Source: Epiperipatus broadwayi
Lineage: Eukaryota; Animalia; Onychophora
Reading direction: 5' to 3'
DNA length: 64,000 nucleotides
NCBI GenBank assembly: GCA_028023455.1
Contig: JAQFVV010000001.1
Coordinates: 13,826,001 to 13,890,000, forward strand
The position numbers and the translations under genes are program-made. Below, piece after piece: positions 1 to 13,800 of this stretch (positions are counted from its first letter, which is position 1; every line of letters begins with the position of its first letter). The notes beneath the pieces were generated by a model, which saw nothing but the letters and a program-made list of their open reading frames with translations, was not told the origin of the DNA and ran no database searches.

Positions 1-3000
1 AATCTTGCTGACATATATGAATTGTAGTAATTTTTTATTATCTCCAGCAGAGTTGTTATTATCTTTGAAATGTTGAAAAACTTACCCAATAACTTTTATT
101 ATATAAAAGGCTTGATACTTGTTCATGTTGATAAGTTGGAGAACAGATTTGTAGCTATGCTACATCATCACTTAAAATATAAAAAAAGTTCAGGTGTCTT
201 GAGATCTTTTGAGCAGTGAAATGTCCCAGAAGGCATTAGTGTCTTGAGAAATAGATTGTGTGGATAATTCACATCATGCTGGTGTTTCTTTGAAGACTTG
301 TTGGGCATTAATGAGGTTGAATTCAGATTTTTCCACTGTACCATGTTGTCATTTGAATTACATTAAATTTCAGTCATCATGTGAGAACTTGAAAATTTAC
401 CCTAATAATAAAAATAAAAAACATAACTTTCATCTTTCATTATTCCACTGCAAGAGAAGACATTATACGCCAAGCCAATCAATTGAACATTTGTTAGAAT
501 TTTTATGGTTTCTCTTTTTGATTTTACCCTTTAGTTAAGAATAACTAGACATTTATTTGCCAGATAATAAGTGGAAAACTAATTGTGTTAGCTATGATCT
601 TGCTAGCAAGGTGAAAAAATCCTAAACTTGCTTAGAAGTTATCAACTATCTGAAATAACTTCCAATACGTTAGTTGAATGGGTAATGGTTTTTTTTTTTT
701 TTGTATATTTACACAGCTAAAAAAATCTGTTTCTTGGTTTGTAGATGATACTTGTTCACATTGTCCATTTTTTGTGCTAAAAGAATATGAATTAAAAATC
801 AGTTCAGCATGTAAAGATAATATCTTACTCGAAAGTTTCAGTCCATGATACATTAATTATGAAAGTTAAACAAGACTCAGCTTATTTCCTAATTTTTGAA
901 ATATAAATATATTGACACTGTTTATTTTTTGAGAATAATATGGTTGATCTTCATAAAATTGACATAGTATGCAAAAAAATATGCACATATAAAAAAATGA
1001 AATTATTTAGTGGAATGAAGAATCAATGTGGAAATGAAATAATTCATTATGGCAGTTAAATTTTCTATAATTAGTGAAGGTATGAAAAGAAGACTAGTAT
1101 TAGATTAAACTACATATATAAGGTTTTTAAATAAAAAAATAATTATTATAATTGACCACTATAATTAGAACAGATTTATGAATCAGAACATGTGAACAGT
1201 TGAGAGAAAAAAATAACATTTAAAGATTATGATATCTGGATACACAATGATATTTTAATTTGTTTTTGCTCATCAAATATTCAAAATCTTTGCTTAAATT
1301 TAAACATACTCAATAATATTGTGTGTTTGTGTGTATACATTATGTTTTTAAAAAAGCTAGTATCAGATTCACTCTTATTTTAAATCTGTTTACATGCATT
1401 GGGCAAAAAATCATGCAAGTAGCTCTTATATCTAAATGCCAAACATTATTGTTTATTAATGAAAATTATCAGGCACTCATATTAAAAATTTGTTGATTTA
1501 TTTGAACTATTAAATTTTAACATTCTATCCAGTGTTAAATGAAAAATAATAATATCTAATCTAATTGAGCATGATTAACAATGTCTTATGTTGAAGAGTA
1601 ATTGTTGTGAGTGAGTGCTTATTATGTAGAAATTTTTTATCTTTTTTGCAATCATCTTAAAACACTTTATTCTAAAACTCTTATTTAGAGCAACATCTTA
1701 ATGTTCAGAGCTATTCTATAAACAATTGAAGCATTTCACATCATTAAGACAACTTGTGAAGAAAAGCTCAGATAAGAATTGCATTTCTCCCAGGCTAGAT
1801 TTTCTATTTATTTTCAAACAAGATGAAATTAATCAGACTTGAAATTTTTATTGCCTCTTTTGTTTATAAGCTAATCATTTCAATTTTTGTATGGAATGCT
1901 ATGTGTGTACAAATAATAAATATTTTAAATATTTAAAAGAATTTATAAAATAGTATTTAAAGATAAATAATTTTATAATTACTATAATTAAAGTTTCCTG
2001 CTTAATTATTTTACAATTTACATTACAATAGAATTTGAATTATTAGAAAATTAAATTTTTTTTTTTTTTTCAAATGCCTTTCATCTTAATATTTCAAATG
2101 AGAGAACAATTAAAAATAACTTTAAATTCACTGTTTTTTAAATAATTGGTACTCTTGGTTTCACTGTCAAAATATCAGAATAGTATGTGCTTATTTAATC
2201 CATTGATGTTATTACATGCAATGGACATCAACTCTGAGCAATCATATAAATTATAATTACTTCAGAATAATCTGTCATCTGTTTGGTTTGTCAGACTTCT
2301 TAGTTACACAATTATTGTGATGACAGAATTCACCTACATCTGTGCAGTACTTTTTTTTAATTGATAAACAGAATATTTACAAATATTAACATATTTACAT
2401 TTTTTTATATATTTATGTATTATATATGACAAATCCATAGTAATTTTTAGTCACACACCAAATGTTATGCAATAGTAAAAATGTTACTTATAGAATGAAA
2501 TAATAGAATATATACTTACATAGTCCATAAATATTTTGCTATGCCATGGGTTTTGAAAGTCTTGTATTTATATCATTTTTTGCATGAAAAGTTATACAGA
2601 ATGTTTATTCTAACTCTAAATTTTCTTTTATACTTAGCACACTAATATTTTTACTAAACTAATCCATATTATATTATTGCACAATTAAAAAAAAAATTAG
2701 TTTGCTATGTTTTGTTAATGATATTTCTGGGTAAAATTTTTAGGAAATCTAAGTATATATTAAACATTGTTGTTATTATTTTTTGGGGAGTATTTAGTAT
2801 ACAAGAATTGGAAACATCTTTTCTGGATAATCAGTTTATACGATAGTTGTTGGTTGATATTCTCTTGTGTAGTAGGTTGGCAAGGAATTTTAACTGACGG
2901 GGGAATGCATAGAATTTCAAATATGGCTAGAGTCTTAGCAATAACCGTGATTGATCACACAATGCTTAAGAGAATAGGTTATCTTTTTTTAATCATTAAA

Positions 3001-3965
3001 TGAGATGCCAATAACAGATCTTGTATTGGGCTTATATATTGTCATGCTTAAAAGCTTGATAAATGAAAAAGGATCTAACATATGGTCGTATAATGAGTAA
3101 TGATGTAGAGGGTGGTATTGCATTGAAGTTTGGATTATATAATGTTGCAATATATAATTTGTTTTTTATATTGTTTGAAAATGAATTAGGGTAAACAGGC
3201 TACCGTAATTGACAAGAAATAAATCTGAGCCATATATATAATTATATTAGTTTATTGATAATAATACTAAATGATTAAATCCATAGCACAAGCTGTCCAC
3301 AAAATATAGTATTAACTATACAAATTGTTATAATAAAGCAGTTTTGGACAAGATATTTTTATTTTTATTCTAAAATAGTATCCACCATGAATTAGTTCAA
3401 GTGATAACTTAATTGCATTTTAAATAATTGATTGAGATGCCTAGATAGAATGAAAGATTCCTCCTATTTCTTTTTTCAATAATTTTTCAAATCATTGTAA
3501 TATTTTTAAATGAATTAATTAGATTATCTAAGATAGAGAATTTTAACTTGTACATAAAAATTTTTAAAGTAATTGATTGCTATTAATGTTATTTAAAATA
3601 CTACTACTATAATATTAATCTAAAGTAATGAGAATAATTATTTAACATTATGTGTTTGTTTTTAATCATTAACAGCCATCTTGCTCTAAAGTATATATCT
3701 TGTGTATATGTGTGAAAAAGTGAATTAATTTGAAAATGTATTAAGTCTTTTATTATAAAAACCGCTTATGGTAAAAGACTTGTTAGATTTTTCTGGAACA
3801 AATAATGTATAGAGGGTCTTCCTAGAAGATTACATTTGTATTGAGTCAGGAGAAAAGTTCCGTTAGGAAAAGATGTTTATGTTTAATTGTGCCCATTTAC
3901 TTAAATAATTGTAAACATAGTGCTATATAAAAATAAATGCTTATTTAAATAATATATTGTAATAT

Positions 3966-4239
3966 TTAAACATCATTAAACTGTTGCACATGCGCTTTGG
4001 ATTTTAACTATAAAATGAATGAATAAGCATATAAAAGTAATTTAAAGTGATTATTTAATATCTTCACACTTTCACTTTCAAACACTTAAGATTCGCCCAT
4101 ACAAAAGCGTTTGGGTTCGAAAAGATAGATGACCATTCTATCTTTTCCAAAGACTTTATTATGTAGTTGAAGTGTTAGTATTCATTCATTTTATATTTAA
4201 AAATCCAAAGTGCAGGTGCAACAGTTTAATGCTGTTTAA
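3966..4239. mobile_element. MITE-like element with ~60-bp terminal inverted repeats
   Basis: 3966-4025 (TTAAACATCATTAAACTGTTGCACATGCGCTTTGGATTTT...AAAATGAATGAATA) is the inverse of 4179-4239. Confidence 0.65.
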
Positions 4240-4303
4240 TTATTATAGTTTATAAAAACATCGCGCTATATAAAATAATTGACTTAAATAATATATTGTA
4301 ACC

Positions 4304-4629
4304 ATCTGGATTACATGGCATACAACAACATAGTTATGTGTGTTATATATATATAAAGTAAAAGAAAAGTAGAAATAAACACAAATTTTTGTAGATATGT
4401 TTTACATTTCACTTGGAATAAAAATAATAAATATAGGGTTAAATACGTCTGAATTAAAACAATTTTATTATGAAATAAATATTTTTTTAAAAAAAGGTCT
4501 AAATAAGTAATATTCTGTGTTTGAAATTTAAAAACAAGCAAGATTTATTTGGGAAATTTTTTAATTAAAACTTGTATAAAATATCTACTTTTTAATTAAT
4601 GCTTGTGTGCGTTTCTATTATCTATTTTT
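4304..4629 (+). repeat. ~0.3-kb direct repeat, copy 1 (pairs with 6692-6988)
   Basis: Collinear match including CACTTGGAATAAAAATAATAAAT and TCTGAATTAAAACAATTTTATTATGAAATAAATATTTTTTTAAAAAA(A)GGTCTAAATAA. Copy 2 lacks ~30 bp. Confidence 0.85.
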
Positions 4630-6691
4630 AAAAATCTGATAAGATTTCCAAATGTGGCTTTTTAATTAAAAGTCCTTTTGGAGGGATTAAAATTATTTCC
4701 AATCAAGAGAAATAAGAAAAAAAAACAGTTTGTAAATTAGTGTTGTTGTCACCTCACATGATTCTATAAAAAGACTTATAAAAATATCTGTTCAATTTTT
4801 GCTTGGAAGTTTTTAGAAGAGCTGCCCAGGAGAGTCTGTGTTTAATATTTTGAGAAGCAGTGGTCAAATAGGCTAATTGCAAAGTTTGGAAAGTAATTTT
4901 CTTGAACACAGTTCTTGTCTTAATATTTTTGTGAAGCAGTTGGCTAGCAGAATTTGTGTTTGGAGAGTTATGAAAATAAAAATAGGTTCCATGAAGATGT
5001 AGCTGAAGTCAAGCTAATAGATCCATAAGTGAGCAGTCTACTAGTTTTATATACTGGAGTTTTGATTCACTTGAAGACTGGATCAACTTAAAATTGTTCA
5101 ATTAGCCTCTACAAATGTATTCTGGAAGACAGCTGGCCTGAAGCTCATCAAGTCCTAGACAGAAGGGAGTTTGCCAACCATACCTGAATTATACTTTTCC
5201 CTGATGATGACAAGCCTGGATTATACCTTTCTGATAGACAAAAAACCAAGCTTACCAAGAGAAAGCTTGAAGAATTAGTATACATATGCTGCTATTTATC
5301 TATATATGCAGAGAAGCACAGATAAATGTATATATAGCTGGTTAGTAATGTTATATATTTAAAGTGACATTTTAAAGAACAATTTTGCTTAAGTTAAATG
5401 TCTAAATTTTAATTGATAGACCTTATTATATTTGTTTTTTCAAGAAAATAAATGAAAATATTTAAAATCTATATTTTTAAATTTCAATCAACAACAATCC
5501 ACTCACCAGATTGACTGTTGATTTATATTTTTTATTGTTTAAATGCAGTCACAAGATGGACCATTGATTGGTTTATTTTGGTAGATCATTCATGATGAAT
5601 GATTCCAACTTTTTGGGAGTGTTGGTGAACTTATAGTTAGTTATGCTGATCTCAGTGATATCTATTATGCTCATCCCTTTGAGATTAAATTTCATTTTTT
5701 TTAACTTGAGGATAAAAATACAATTTTCAGATCCCTCATGGTTTAAACCCCAATTTTCTGTAGAGTTACAAATGGCTACCTATCTGAGGGCTGATGATCA
5801 TGTACTGTAGGAATCATAGATACCTACCCAATGTGTTGCTTATGATGATTACATACTTGTGATCATCACTTCAAAATTATCAATTTGATCTCAAACCATA
5901 ACTGAGAAAGGAAAAGGAATGCATTTTATACAGAATTATAAAATTTACTGTGAAATATGTGTTAAGAGTATTGATGATTATTATAAATTTTAAAATAGTT
6001 TTTATGTATGATTAAAGAAGTTCATGTTTAGAGTTAAATAGAAAATCTATGATTTTGAATATTGGATTGGGTGTTTGATTATTGAAGTTTGTTTAGCTGT
6101 ATTTTCAGTTTTGATGATGGATTGAGGGTTTTGTTATTGGTTTGAGGATGTAATGTTTTCATGCAATTCCATCATATTTTCTATCTCAGCTATTTGCTCC
6201 AACTCATTTTTATTTCATGTTCATCACAGAGCAATTAATGTAGTTCTGCCATGATTCCATCCTCTAAATCTCCAAAGAAAACGAGCAAGGCATAGCTTGT
6301 ATTTCCCAGCCCATAAAGCTCATAGAAACAGGACATAGTTTTGTATTTTTCACATACTCCATAGGAGATGGTTTTGCAAAGATGTTTGCATTTTCCTTAT
6401 CGTGGGTTGTAATTCAAACCTAACTCGAAAATGTTGTAGTAGCTTAGTGTCTCAATTTGAGATAGCTCTCTTGGTGTTCATGGTGCATGGTCCAATGGCT
6501 GAATTCTTTATCACAAATTGCAGATCACTATTCATTCTGTTAACTAAAAGATCTCTGTCATATCTCTAAAACAATTAATGAGTACATAGTTTTAGGTATG
6601 AACTTTCTTTTGATTATACATGTAGATTCTATAAAATATTTTTAGAAAAGTTTCATTTCTATTTTCCTTTTCCCTCAGACTGGGGCAATAT

Positions 6692-6988
6692 ATCTGGGTT
6701 ATATGGCACACTGCAACATAGTTGTGTGTATGCATATATATATAAAGTAAAGGAACAGTAGAAATAAACACACACAAATTTTTGTAAATTTTTCTATGTC
6801 ACTTGGAATAAAAATAATAAATAAAGAGTTAAATAACTCTGAATTAAAACAATTTTATTATGAAATAAATATTTTTTTTAAAAAAGGTCTAAATAAATAA
6901 TATTCTGATTTTGAAATTTTTTAATTAAAACTTGTACAAAATATCTTTTTTTAATTAATGCTTGTATGCATTTCTATTATCTATTTTT
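6692..6988 (+). repeat. ~0.3-kb direct repeat, copy 2
   Basis: See copy 1. Confidence 0.85.
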
Positions 6989-8629
6989 TTTTGTCCTACA
7001 CAGAGATTTTTTATAAAAGTAATAAAATATTTTAAGACATCCAAAGAGCTTGTTATAATCAGTAAAACATATAGTCTTCTTTTTATATATTTCCTTATCT
7101 TTTTCATTGTTCAATATCTACTAATATCTAATTAATAGATCTTTTCTAAAATCAATTAGGACTGTTTTATTACATGATTTTAATCTTTGCTATATGATCT
7201 TCAGAATAGTTTTATTTACATGGAATATATTTGGTAAAGTACAACAGTTTCCTTTTTTGATATAGAAATAAAAATTCATTTTTTCCAATCTAACAAAAAT
7301 ATATCACTTGATTATAATCATAATAGTGTGTTTTTGTCATCTTTCTAACAATTTTTTTTTATAATCTCAAATTTGCAGTTACATGATAAAAATAATGAAA
7401 ATTTTTATTTCACTAAAATGTATATGTAATAGCTAGTTATCTGCCCAGTAGCACACCCACACATAATTTTTGATACCTTTATTTGATAGTTTTGCACCCT
7501 ATCTTGTGATTTTTAATTTTTTTAGGGTGATGCAGTATTAAATAGATGTTAAAATTATAAATAGCTTGTTAATATATATAAATATAGATAAATTTGTATT
7601 ATATAAGAAATCAATAATTCCATTATGAATATATATATATTATTACTATTATTGTTATAAATATATAGCAGCAGTAATAATGATGTAAATAATGGAAATC
7701 ATGAGATTGCATTCATGTAAACAAGCAGACATAATCTTACCTTTGATGTTGCTAGGAAACTAAGACAATCTCAAAGTTAAAAAATTTTCTCTAGTAACCT
7801 ATTATAGCTCTTTTGTCTTTCTTTAGTAATCTACTACAGCTTTTTTGGCAAAAGAACTATAAAAGATTACCACAGAAAACTTTTTTAATCTTAGGATTGT
7901 CAGTTAGTAATTGATACTTTCCTACCAACATCAAAGGTAAAGATATCTCTGTTTGTTTACATGGATACAATCTTTTAATTTCCATTGTTTTCATCATTAT
8001 AAATCCATGAAAATATTTAATTTAACAATAGTCATAATATATATATATATATGTATATTGTCAAAATAGATTTACTTATTACTAAATTTATCATCATCAT
8101 TCTTTTTTTTCATTTTCCATTTTCTAATTGTTTACATTAACTTGGGTTAGTGTCAGGCATAATCATCATGAGCCTTCTCTCTGCTCTAATTACTATAATA
8201 GAATTATGTGCTTATGAAAATGGCATTTTCATTCTTTAATTGTATACTCAACAATTGTATTGAATTTTTTTTTTTCCTTTGTTTTTGTTTTTTTAAATTG
8301 TTTTCTATATTTTTGTTTTTTCTTCTTGGATTAGAATGCCCATATTCATTTATGAATGCTAATGATGGTAATGAATTGTTTTCAACAGTTATTACTTGAC
8401 ATTCTTATGCGTTATCTAATTTTTATCATTACTGTCCATTGAATTTTATTTTTAAATTGTTTCGTTTGTTTTGAGTTTTGCACATAGTAAAATAGTTTGG
8501 GACCTTTTTGCAGTGTTGATGTTTTTGTTTTTTATTATAATCCTGCAGGAAAAAATTTTTCAAAGTTCATAATAAGTTTGACCTTCAGAAGTGATAACTG
8601 GACCAGGATGTTTGACCTTTAACTCTATA

Positions 8630-8760
8630 GTTTACAACTCTACCTTTGCCATTCATGAAGGACAATAATCAAATGGTTTATTGCTCAAGAGAACTGGGAG
8701 ACAATCCATGGATCTTGAGCTTCAGAATCTGCTATTGCTTCAAATTATACAAGGCATTGA
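8630..8760 (+). pseudogene. Possible Tc1/mariner (maT/DD37D-like) transposase remnant
   Basis: KWFIAQENW followed by a frameshifted N...DL, resembling FIxxEEWPxxSPDLNPLD; heavily decayed. Confidence 0.35.
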
Positions 8761-10035
8761 ACTCTTAATTATGTTTTATGATAGTTTTCGGTGATAGCGT
8801 GATGGTTGCTGCAAAAGTTTTCTCTCTTCAGAATGCCTTGCTTATTATTCACCCAAAAAACATGTATTTTTGTTTTAAATTTCAATAAACTCATTGTTAT
8901 TGATTTTATAATCAAACTTATATTGTCAAATTTATTATTATAGAGAGATTCTGAAGATCTTTAATTTTTTGAAATAGTTACAAGTGATTCTAATTCTTAG
9001 CATCATAGCAGTCACACAAATGGAGTGGCTATTATAGCGTCAGAAGACAAAAAGTAGAAGAGAAAGTTAAAGAATAAAAAAGTTAAAAATGACTTTTGTG
9101 ATGGCTATGCAAACAAGGAGAAACTAAAATACATCCACATATATATTGGTTTTTAATCTTTTTAATGATGTCATTGCTGAATTTTAATTTTTTGTAATTA
9201 AAAATTTCTGAAAGATTTCAAAACTTTGAATAATTGTAATTCTCCATATGCTATTCTTAACTATTCCATTCCAATGAGAGCAATCAATATTGTATTTCAA
9301 ATGAAAAAGACATAATTTGTATGCAGTTTCATTATTAATACTTTCTGAATGTAAGAAAGTTTGCACACAATATCCAAAACGTCTTTTCTTTTGAGATAAT
9401 ATTCTTAACAAATATATTTAATTATTGACATCCAAATAACTAATGAAATTTTAATCTTATTGTTGGGTTTGGTCTTAATTTTTTTTTTTTGTATCTATGC
9501 CATTATTTTTTTTATTAAAATTTAAATATATCATCATTTGTATTCCTATATTTTCTTATGATTTCTGAATGGGAAACTCTTTGAACTACAAGCACACTCA
9601 AATATTTTACTTGCTGTTACTTTAATAGCAATATCTAATATATGTGTGAACATCTTAAAATATTAGCCTTTTAATTTCTGCATCAAACTTTTTTTTATTT
9701 TTATAATTTCTGTCATTCAGTAATTATTAGCAAATATCTTTTATCCATGAAAATATTCAAATATATATATATGCCAATAATATTAGTGGAACATTCGGGA
9801 AGTAAACAGTATATTAAATACTGTAGTATATCCTTTTTCCCCCCATAATTTTAAAAGTGAACTAGTATTTTAAATTAATCATGCAATTTGTCATGGATTA
9901 TTCTATTATTTTAAACTTTTTAAATTAAATTCTTACTATAGTTTCTTATGTTAATAAATCAAAATATAGAGAAAATATGAAGATATTACAGATTAATGAT
10001 AAATAAGGTAGTATGAGGCATAATTAAAAGGTGTT

Positions 10036-10136
10036 GGTCAAGCATTAGTGGCCTAGCGGTTAGCATAGCTGCCTTCCAAACAGATGGCTGGTTAGCTTTC
10101 CGTCAAAGCTTTGACATATAAAATAAATAAAAATTT
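10036..10136 (+). mobile_element. tRNA-Gly(TCC)-derived SINE / retroposed tRNA copy A
   Basis: GCATTAGTGGCCTAGCGGTTAGCATAGCTGCCTTCCAAACAG matches the 5' half of tRNA-Gly(TCC). Degenerate T arm and A-rich tail. Flanked by the direct repeat TT|AAAAGGTGTT at 10024-10035 and 10135-10146. Confidence 0.75.
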
Positions 10137-10408
10137 AAAAGGTGTTATAATATTGGTTTATTAATACTATGTGATATTTCTACAGTAATTAGTAAAAATA
10201 GAAATAATATCTGTTGATAAGCAGTGAAAGATTGTTTTTTGATGAAAAATTAAAATTATTTAGTAAAAGAGCATAATTAATTCTTATAAATATTAAGAAA
10301 AATTGCTTATAAGCTGCAACAAGCTTTACATGTCTCCTAATCCAGTTTAAAAGAACACCCAAAACAAGTTGTTATTTTTGGAATGAAAACAATTCAATTT
10401 TTTTGTCA

Positions 10409-10511
10409 AGCGTTGGTGGTCAAGAGGTCAGCACGGCTGTCTTACAAGCAGTTGTCCCGGGTTAGTGGGTTCGCATCCCGGCCGATGCTATGACACATGG
10501 AAAAAAAAAAA
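10409..10511 (+). mobile_element. tRNA-Gly-derived SINE copy B (full length, poly-A tail, 23-bp TSD)
   Basis: GCGTTGGTGGTCAAGAGGTCAGCACGGCTGTCTTACAAGCAGTTGTCCCGGG-TTAGTGGG-TTCGCATCCCGGCCGATGC, then TATGACACATGG and an A15 run. Flanks AAAACAATTCAATTTT(T/A)TTGTCA at 10386-10408 and 10512-10534 differ by 1 base. Confidence 0.85.
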
Positions 10512-10878
10512 AAAACAATTCAATTTTATTGTCAGTTATATATTTAAACAATTCCAAATAAAAAATATTTACATCTTGTTTAAACATAATTTTTTACCTT
10601 TTAATTACCTGAATCATATCAGTGTAAATAACTTTTTTTATGTGTAATTATTAAAATTTTATTCTTAATTTGTTTGGCCTAATTATTTGTTTAGATAACA
10701 GAAAATCCAACATAATGTCACAACTAATTCCTAAGATTATTATTATTTGGAGAGTCTTCTGAATAAAATAGTACTTTCTAAATAGCAGAAAAATCAAAGT
10801 GCATTCACATTTAAGAGAAACTATGTTATCATATACAAAATCAAGAAGCGAACATAATAACTTTTTACAAAGACAAAA

Positions 10879-10960
10879 AGGTCAGCACAGCTGTCTTAAA
10901 AGCAGTTGTCCTGGGTTAGCAGGTTCGCTTCCCAGCCGATGCTATAACACATAAGAAAAA
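10879..10960 (+). mobile_element. tRNA-Gly-derived SINE copy C (5'-truncated)
   Basis: AGGTCAGCACAGCTGTCTTAAAAGCAGTTGTCCTGGGTTAGCAGGTTCGCTTCCCAGCCGATGCTATAACACATAAGAAAAA is collinear with copy B, including the T-loop insertion. Confidence 0.8.
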
Positions 10961-11205
10961 TAACAAAGAGATCTATCATTTTTTTCTCTATATATATTTA
11001 TAATTGCTTCTGTATACTTCCCCCCTTTATCTTGTTTATACATATATAAATAGTAGCTTAAATTTTATTTTTACTAGCATTTGAAATTACAAAATTTGTT
11101 TAATGTAATTTATATTAATTCTGAAAAGTTATTGCTGTAAAATTTCTAAAATTAACACATTTATTGTTATATAAAAATAAAGTTATTTGATTTTTTTTTT
11201 TGTAG

Positions 11206-11349
11206 CACCTCTTGCAAGTGCGTTAAGTACAAGATTTTCATGCAGATCAGTAGCAGTGTGTGGTGGCTTCATTGCATCCTTTGGATTGTGCTTATGCTTT
11301 TTTGCTCCAAATTTAGGATATTTATACTTTAGTTATGGACTTGTAACAG
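11206..11349 (+). CDS. SLC16/monocarboxylate transporter family (MFS) gene, internal coding exon (first exon visible in window; TM3-TM4 region)
   Basis: Poly-T...TAG acceptor ending 11205 and AG|GTAAAC donor at 11350; 144 nt, phase 1-1. Encodes (A)PLASALSTRFSCRSVAVCGGFIASFGLCLCFFAPNLGYLYFSYGLVT(G), matching the MCT motif xPxxSxLxxRFxCR...YxSYGxxxG. Splices in frame to the 15351 exon. Confidence 0.9.
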
Positions 11350-12627
11350 GTAAACTGTATTTGTTTTATTTTAAAAATATTTTAGAAAAATATATAAAAA
11401 TATTGTTTGTTTCTTTTCAGTAATAATTAGTTTTAAAAGAAGATCCAAGTCAATATTGTTATTTATCTCATTGTTTTGATTTACTAAATGAAAATGAGAT
11501 CTAAATTTTCTTTTGTAATTTAAATATAGATATGGTGCAGAAAAGACTTTCTTTTTGTAATTGTGTTTAATTGCAATGTTGATCAATTTCAAATTGAATT
11601 GAGTCATGAACTGCAAAAAGAAGACTAACGAAGGAGTAGTCATGAGATATAGTTGCTTTACATAACTGCATTAATTTGATAGAACTCATACATTGAACAA
11701 AATAACTTTAAAATTTATTCTACTAATAGATTGGCCTTTAAATAGCCTTTTTCAGGGTAAGATCTCCCTAAAAATGAGGGACAAAATCTTATTCATTAGG
11801 CCTATCAATTGATGAATGATAATGGTTTGAATTATTTCCCAGTATGGCTTTTAGTCTTTATCAAAGAACTTCTAAATACCTATATCGATGTTTATTTAGA
11901 TGAATATAGAATTATTATATGAAAGAACAAGTCATAAGCCTGATTGAAATCTGAATAAAGTTTCAAATTTTACTCAATCAAGATTCAAATCCAAATTGCA
12001 GTCTGTCATTACACCAGGAGGACCTTAACTAATAAATATAATTGAATCTTTGCATTTTTTAAATACTTATGCATTTCCAATATTTATTTAACTTATCTCA
12101 CCTACATGTCATCTTTTCTCTCTTTAATTGTTTCCTTTTTTATTATATACTGTACCAGTCGAAATAGCATCACCTACTAAATTGCAAGTCGGATTCAAAC
12201 TCAGCTGAACCAAACTGAATTCAAACCCAACTCACCAGCTCAGATTAGTAGAAATCTAAATCGATGGCACAGTTCTATGCACCAAGAAACTAGCTCAATG
12301 GTTGGTGAGGATTAGAGACCCCTGAACTGACACTAATATCGGATAATTAATTAACTTAAAATACTTTTAAGTCGAATCACATGTATAAGTTCGGGTTGCC
12401 AACACAGACAGCGAGTATTAATATTAAAATAATTATAAAAGAATTAAGAACTAAGAAACCAAGTGTGTTTAGAAAATATTTAATAATAATAGTTTGTTTT
12501 GTTTGAATAATGAATAATGATTATATTAATCACCTCTAGCCTTTAAACAAAGTTTATAATTATAATAAGAGTGGCGGTCGTTATTATATGCCAGTGAGTA
12601 TTACGCAATATTTGAAAGTCTATGTCT

Positions 12628-13800
12628 ATGCCCCCAACAAGAAATAAAAGGCAGATAAAGGTATTCATTAGTAAAGGAAATTATTACTCTAATTTCATAC
12701 CAAAGAATGTGATATTTATTTCACATTCGCAAATCCATTCGTGAAGAGCAAGATACGTATTTTAGGGCATAACTTTAATCTTTATTGGACAACTTATTTA
12801 CTGAGAATTTGTTGGACTTTAATTTAAATCACTTCATCACGAATTATGAGCATCAGAGCGGGCTTTACCGAAACAGAGAGGCAACGGTGCTGACGAATTA
12901 TGAGCTATAAAGTGAAATTGAAAGACGATAGCTAGTCGATAATCGAAGTCCTATGGCGGCTTGCATCTGACAAGTCTTATGCTCTTTGACTAATATGAAC
13001 AGGAGAGGAAGTGCTTTCTTCCTCGATAATTTAAAATAACAGAAATATTATCACCGACCAGCCTAACGGAGCGGAAGATTGCCCTATGTCAGCAACGTTG
13101 AAGATGATGACTTACTAGTCACCGTTTGAGAACTAAAACCCAATTATAGAATGCTCTACATGATGACTTGATCAAATGAATTAAAGTCAAACAAGCTTTT
13201 AAGTAAAACTATTTCAAAGCATTTATAAAATTATATTAGTTATGCCCCAAACATCGTGCCCCTCCTGAATCTAAATAGCAATTAACTGAAATTTGAATTA
13301 GAGTATATTTAGTTGATTCCTCTATCGGCCCTTTTGCAAAAATATTTTAACATTATATATATGAATAAATGCATATTGGTAAACACGAGAAAATAGCTGG
13401 GGCATAGATTGGAAACGGAGCTAATAATTTATTATTAGCCAATTATAAAAATAGTAAACATTTAATAATTTCTTTCGACTCGTTGATTGATAGAACTTAT
13501 AAATTTAGTTCTAATGGGCGAGAACTACTATTAGAATTAATATTATATTATTTGCGTGAGGCAAATAGAACAAAGGAGCTCATCGAGTCGAAAGATTATT
13601 GGCATATAATTAAAAATAAACGACATTAATAAAGCACACAAATATATATATAATATAATAAATGAACCGCCAAGTAAGAAAAGAGAAAGTTTAAAGACTA
13701 GAGATTGAGAGAATTTATATAAATTTAAAAATAGCATAAATAAAAAGGGTTTCACAGAGTATTACATTTATAGAATGAAAAGAGCTCTTAAGGGAAGTGT
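12628..13800 (+). mobile_element. Decayed Ty3/Gypsy LTR-retrotransposon remnant (RT-connection/RNase H, putative PPT) in the MCT intron
   Basis: MPPTRNKRQIKVFISKGNYYSNFIPK at 12628 (cf. PxNxKQxxxFLGxxNYYRxFIP) and IITDQP at 13047 (cf. IxTDHxPL). Purine tract AAGGGAAG followed by TGT at 13790-13800. The region retains many CpGs. No matching LTR pair was found. Confidence 0.5.

Noticed and set aside
5530-5700. Candidate N-terminal MCT exon (FQLFGSVGEL...)
   Set aside because: Only vague similarity to SFGVFxxEL; stops nearby and no compatible splice sites.
260-9411. Numerous 60-90 aa ORFs
   Set aside because: Low-complexity F/I/L/K/Y-rich translations expected from AT-rich DNA, with no domain motifs or splice support. 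Faint hAT-like (~50-450, minus), endonuclease-like (~2800-3200, minus) and ORF1-like (~6200-6550, minus) peptides were too weak to call.
10409-10490. Functional tRNA gene (apparent Val-TAC or Gly)
   Set aside because: It has an 8-nt T-loop insertion, a poly-A tail and a TSD, and sibling copies have different anticodons, so it is a retroposed SINE.
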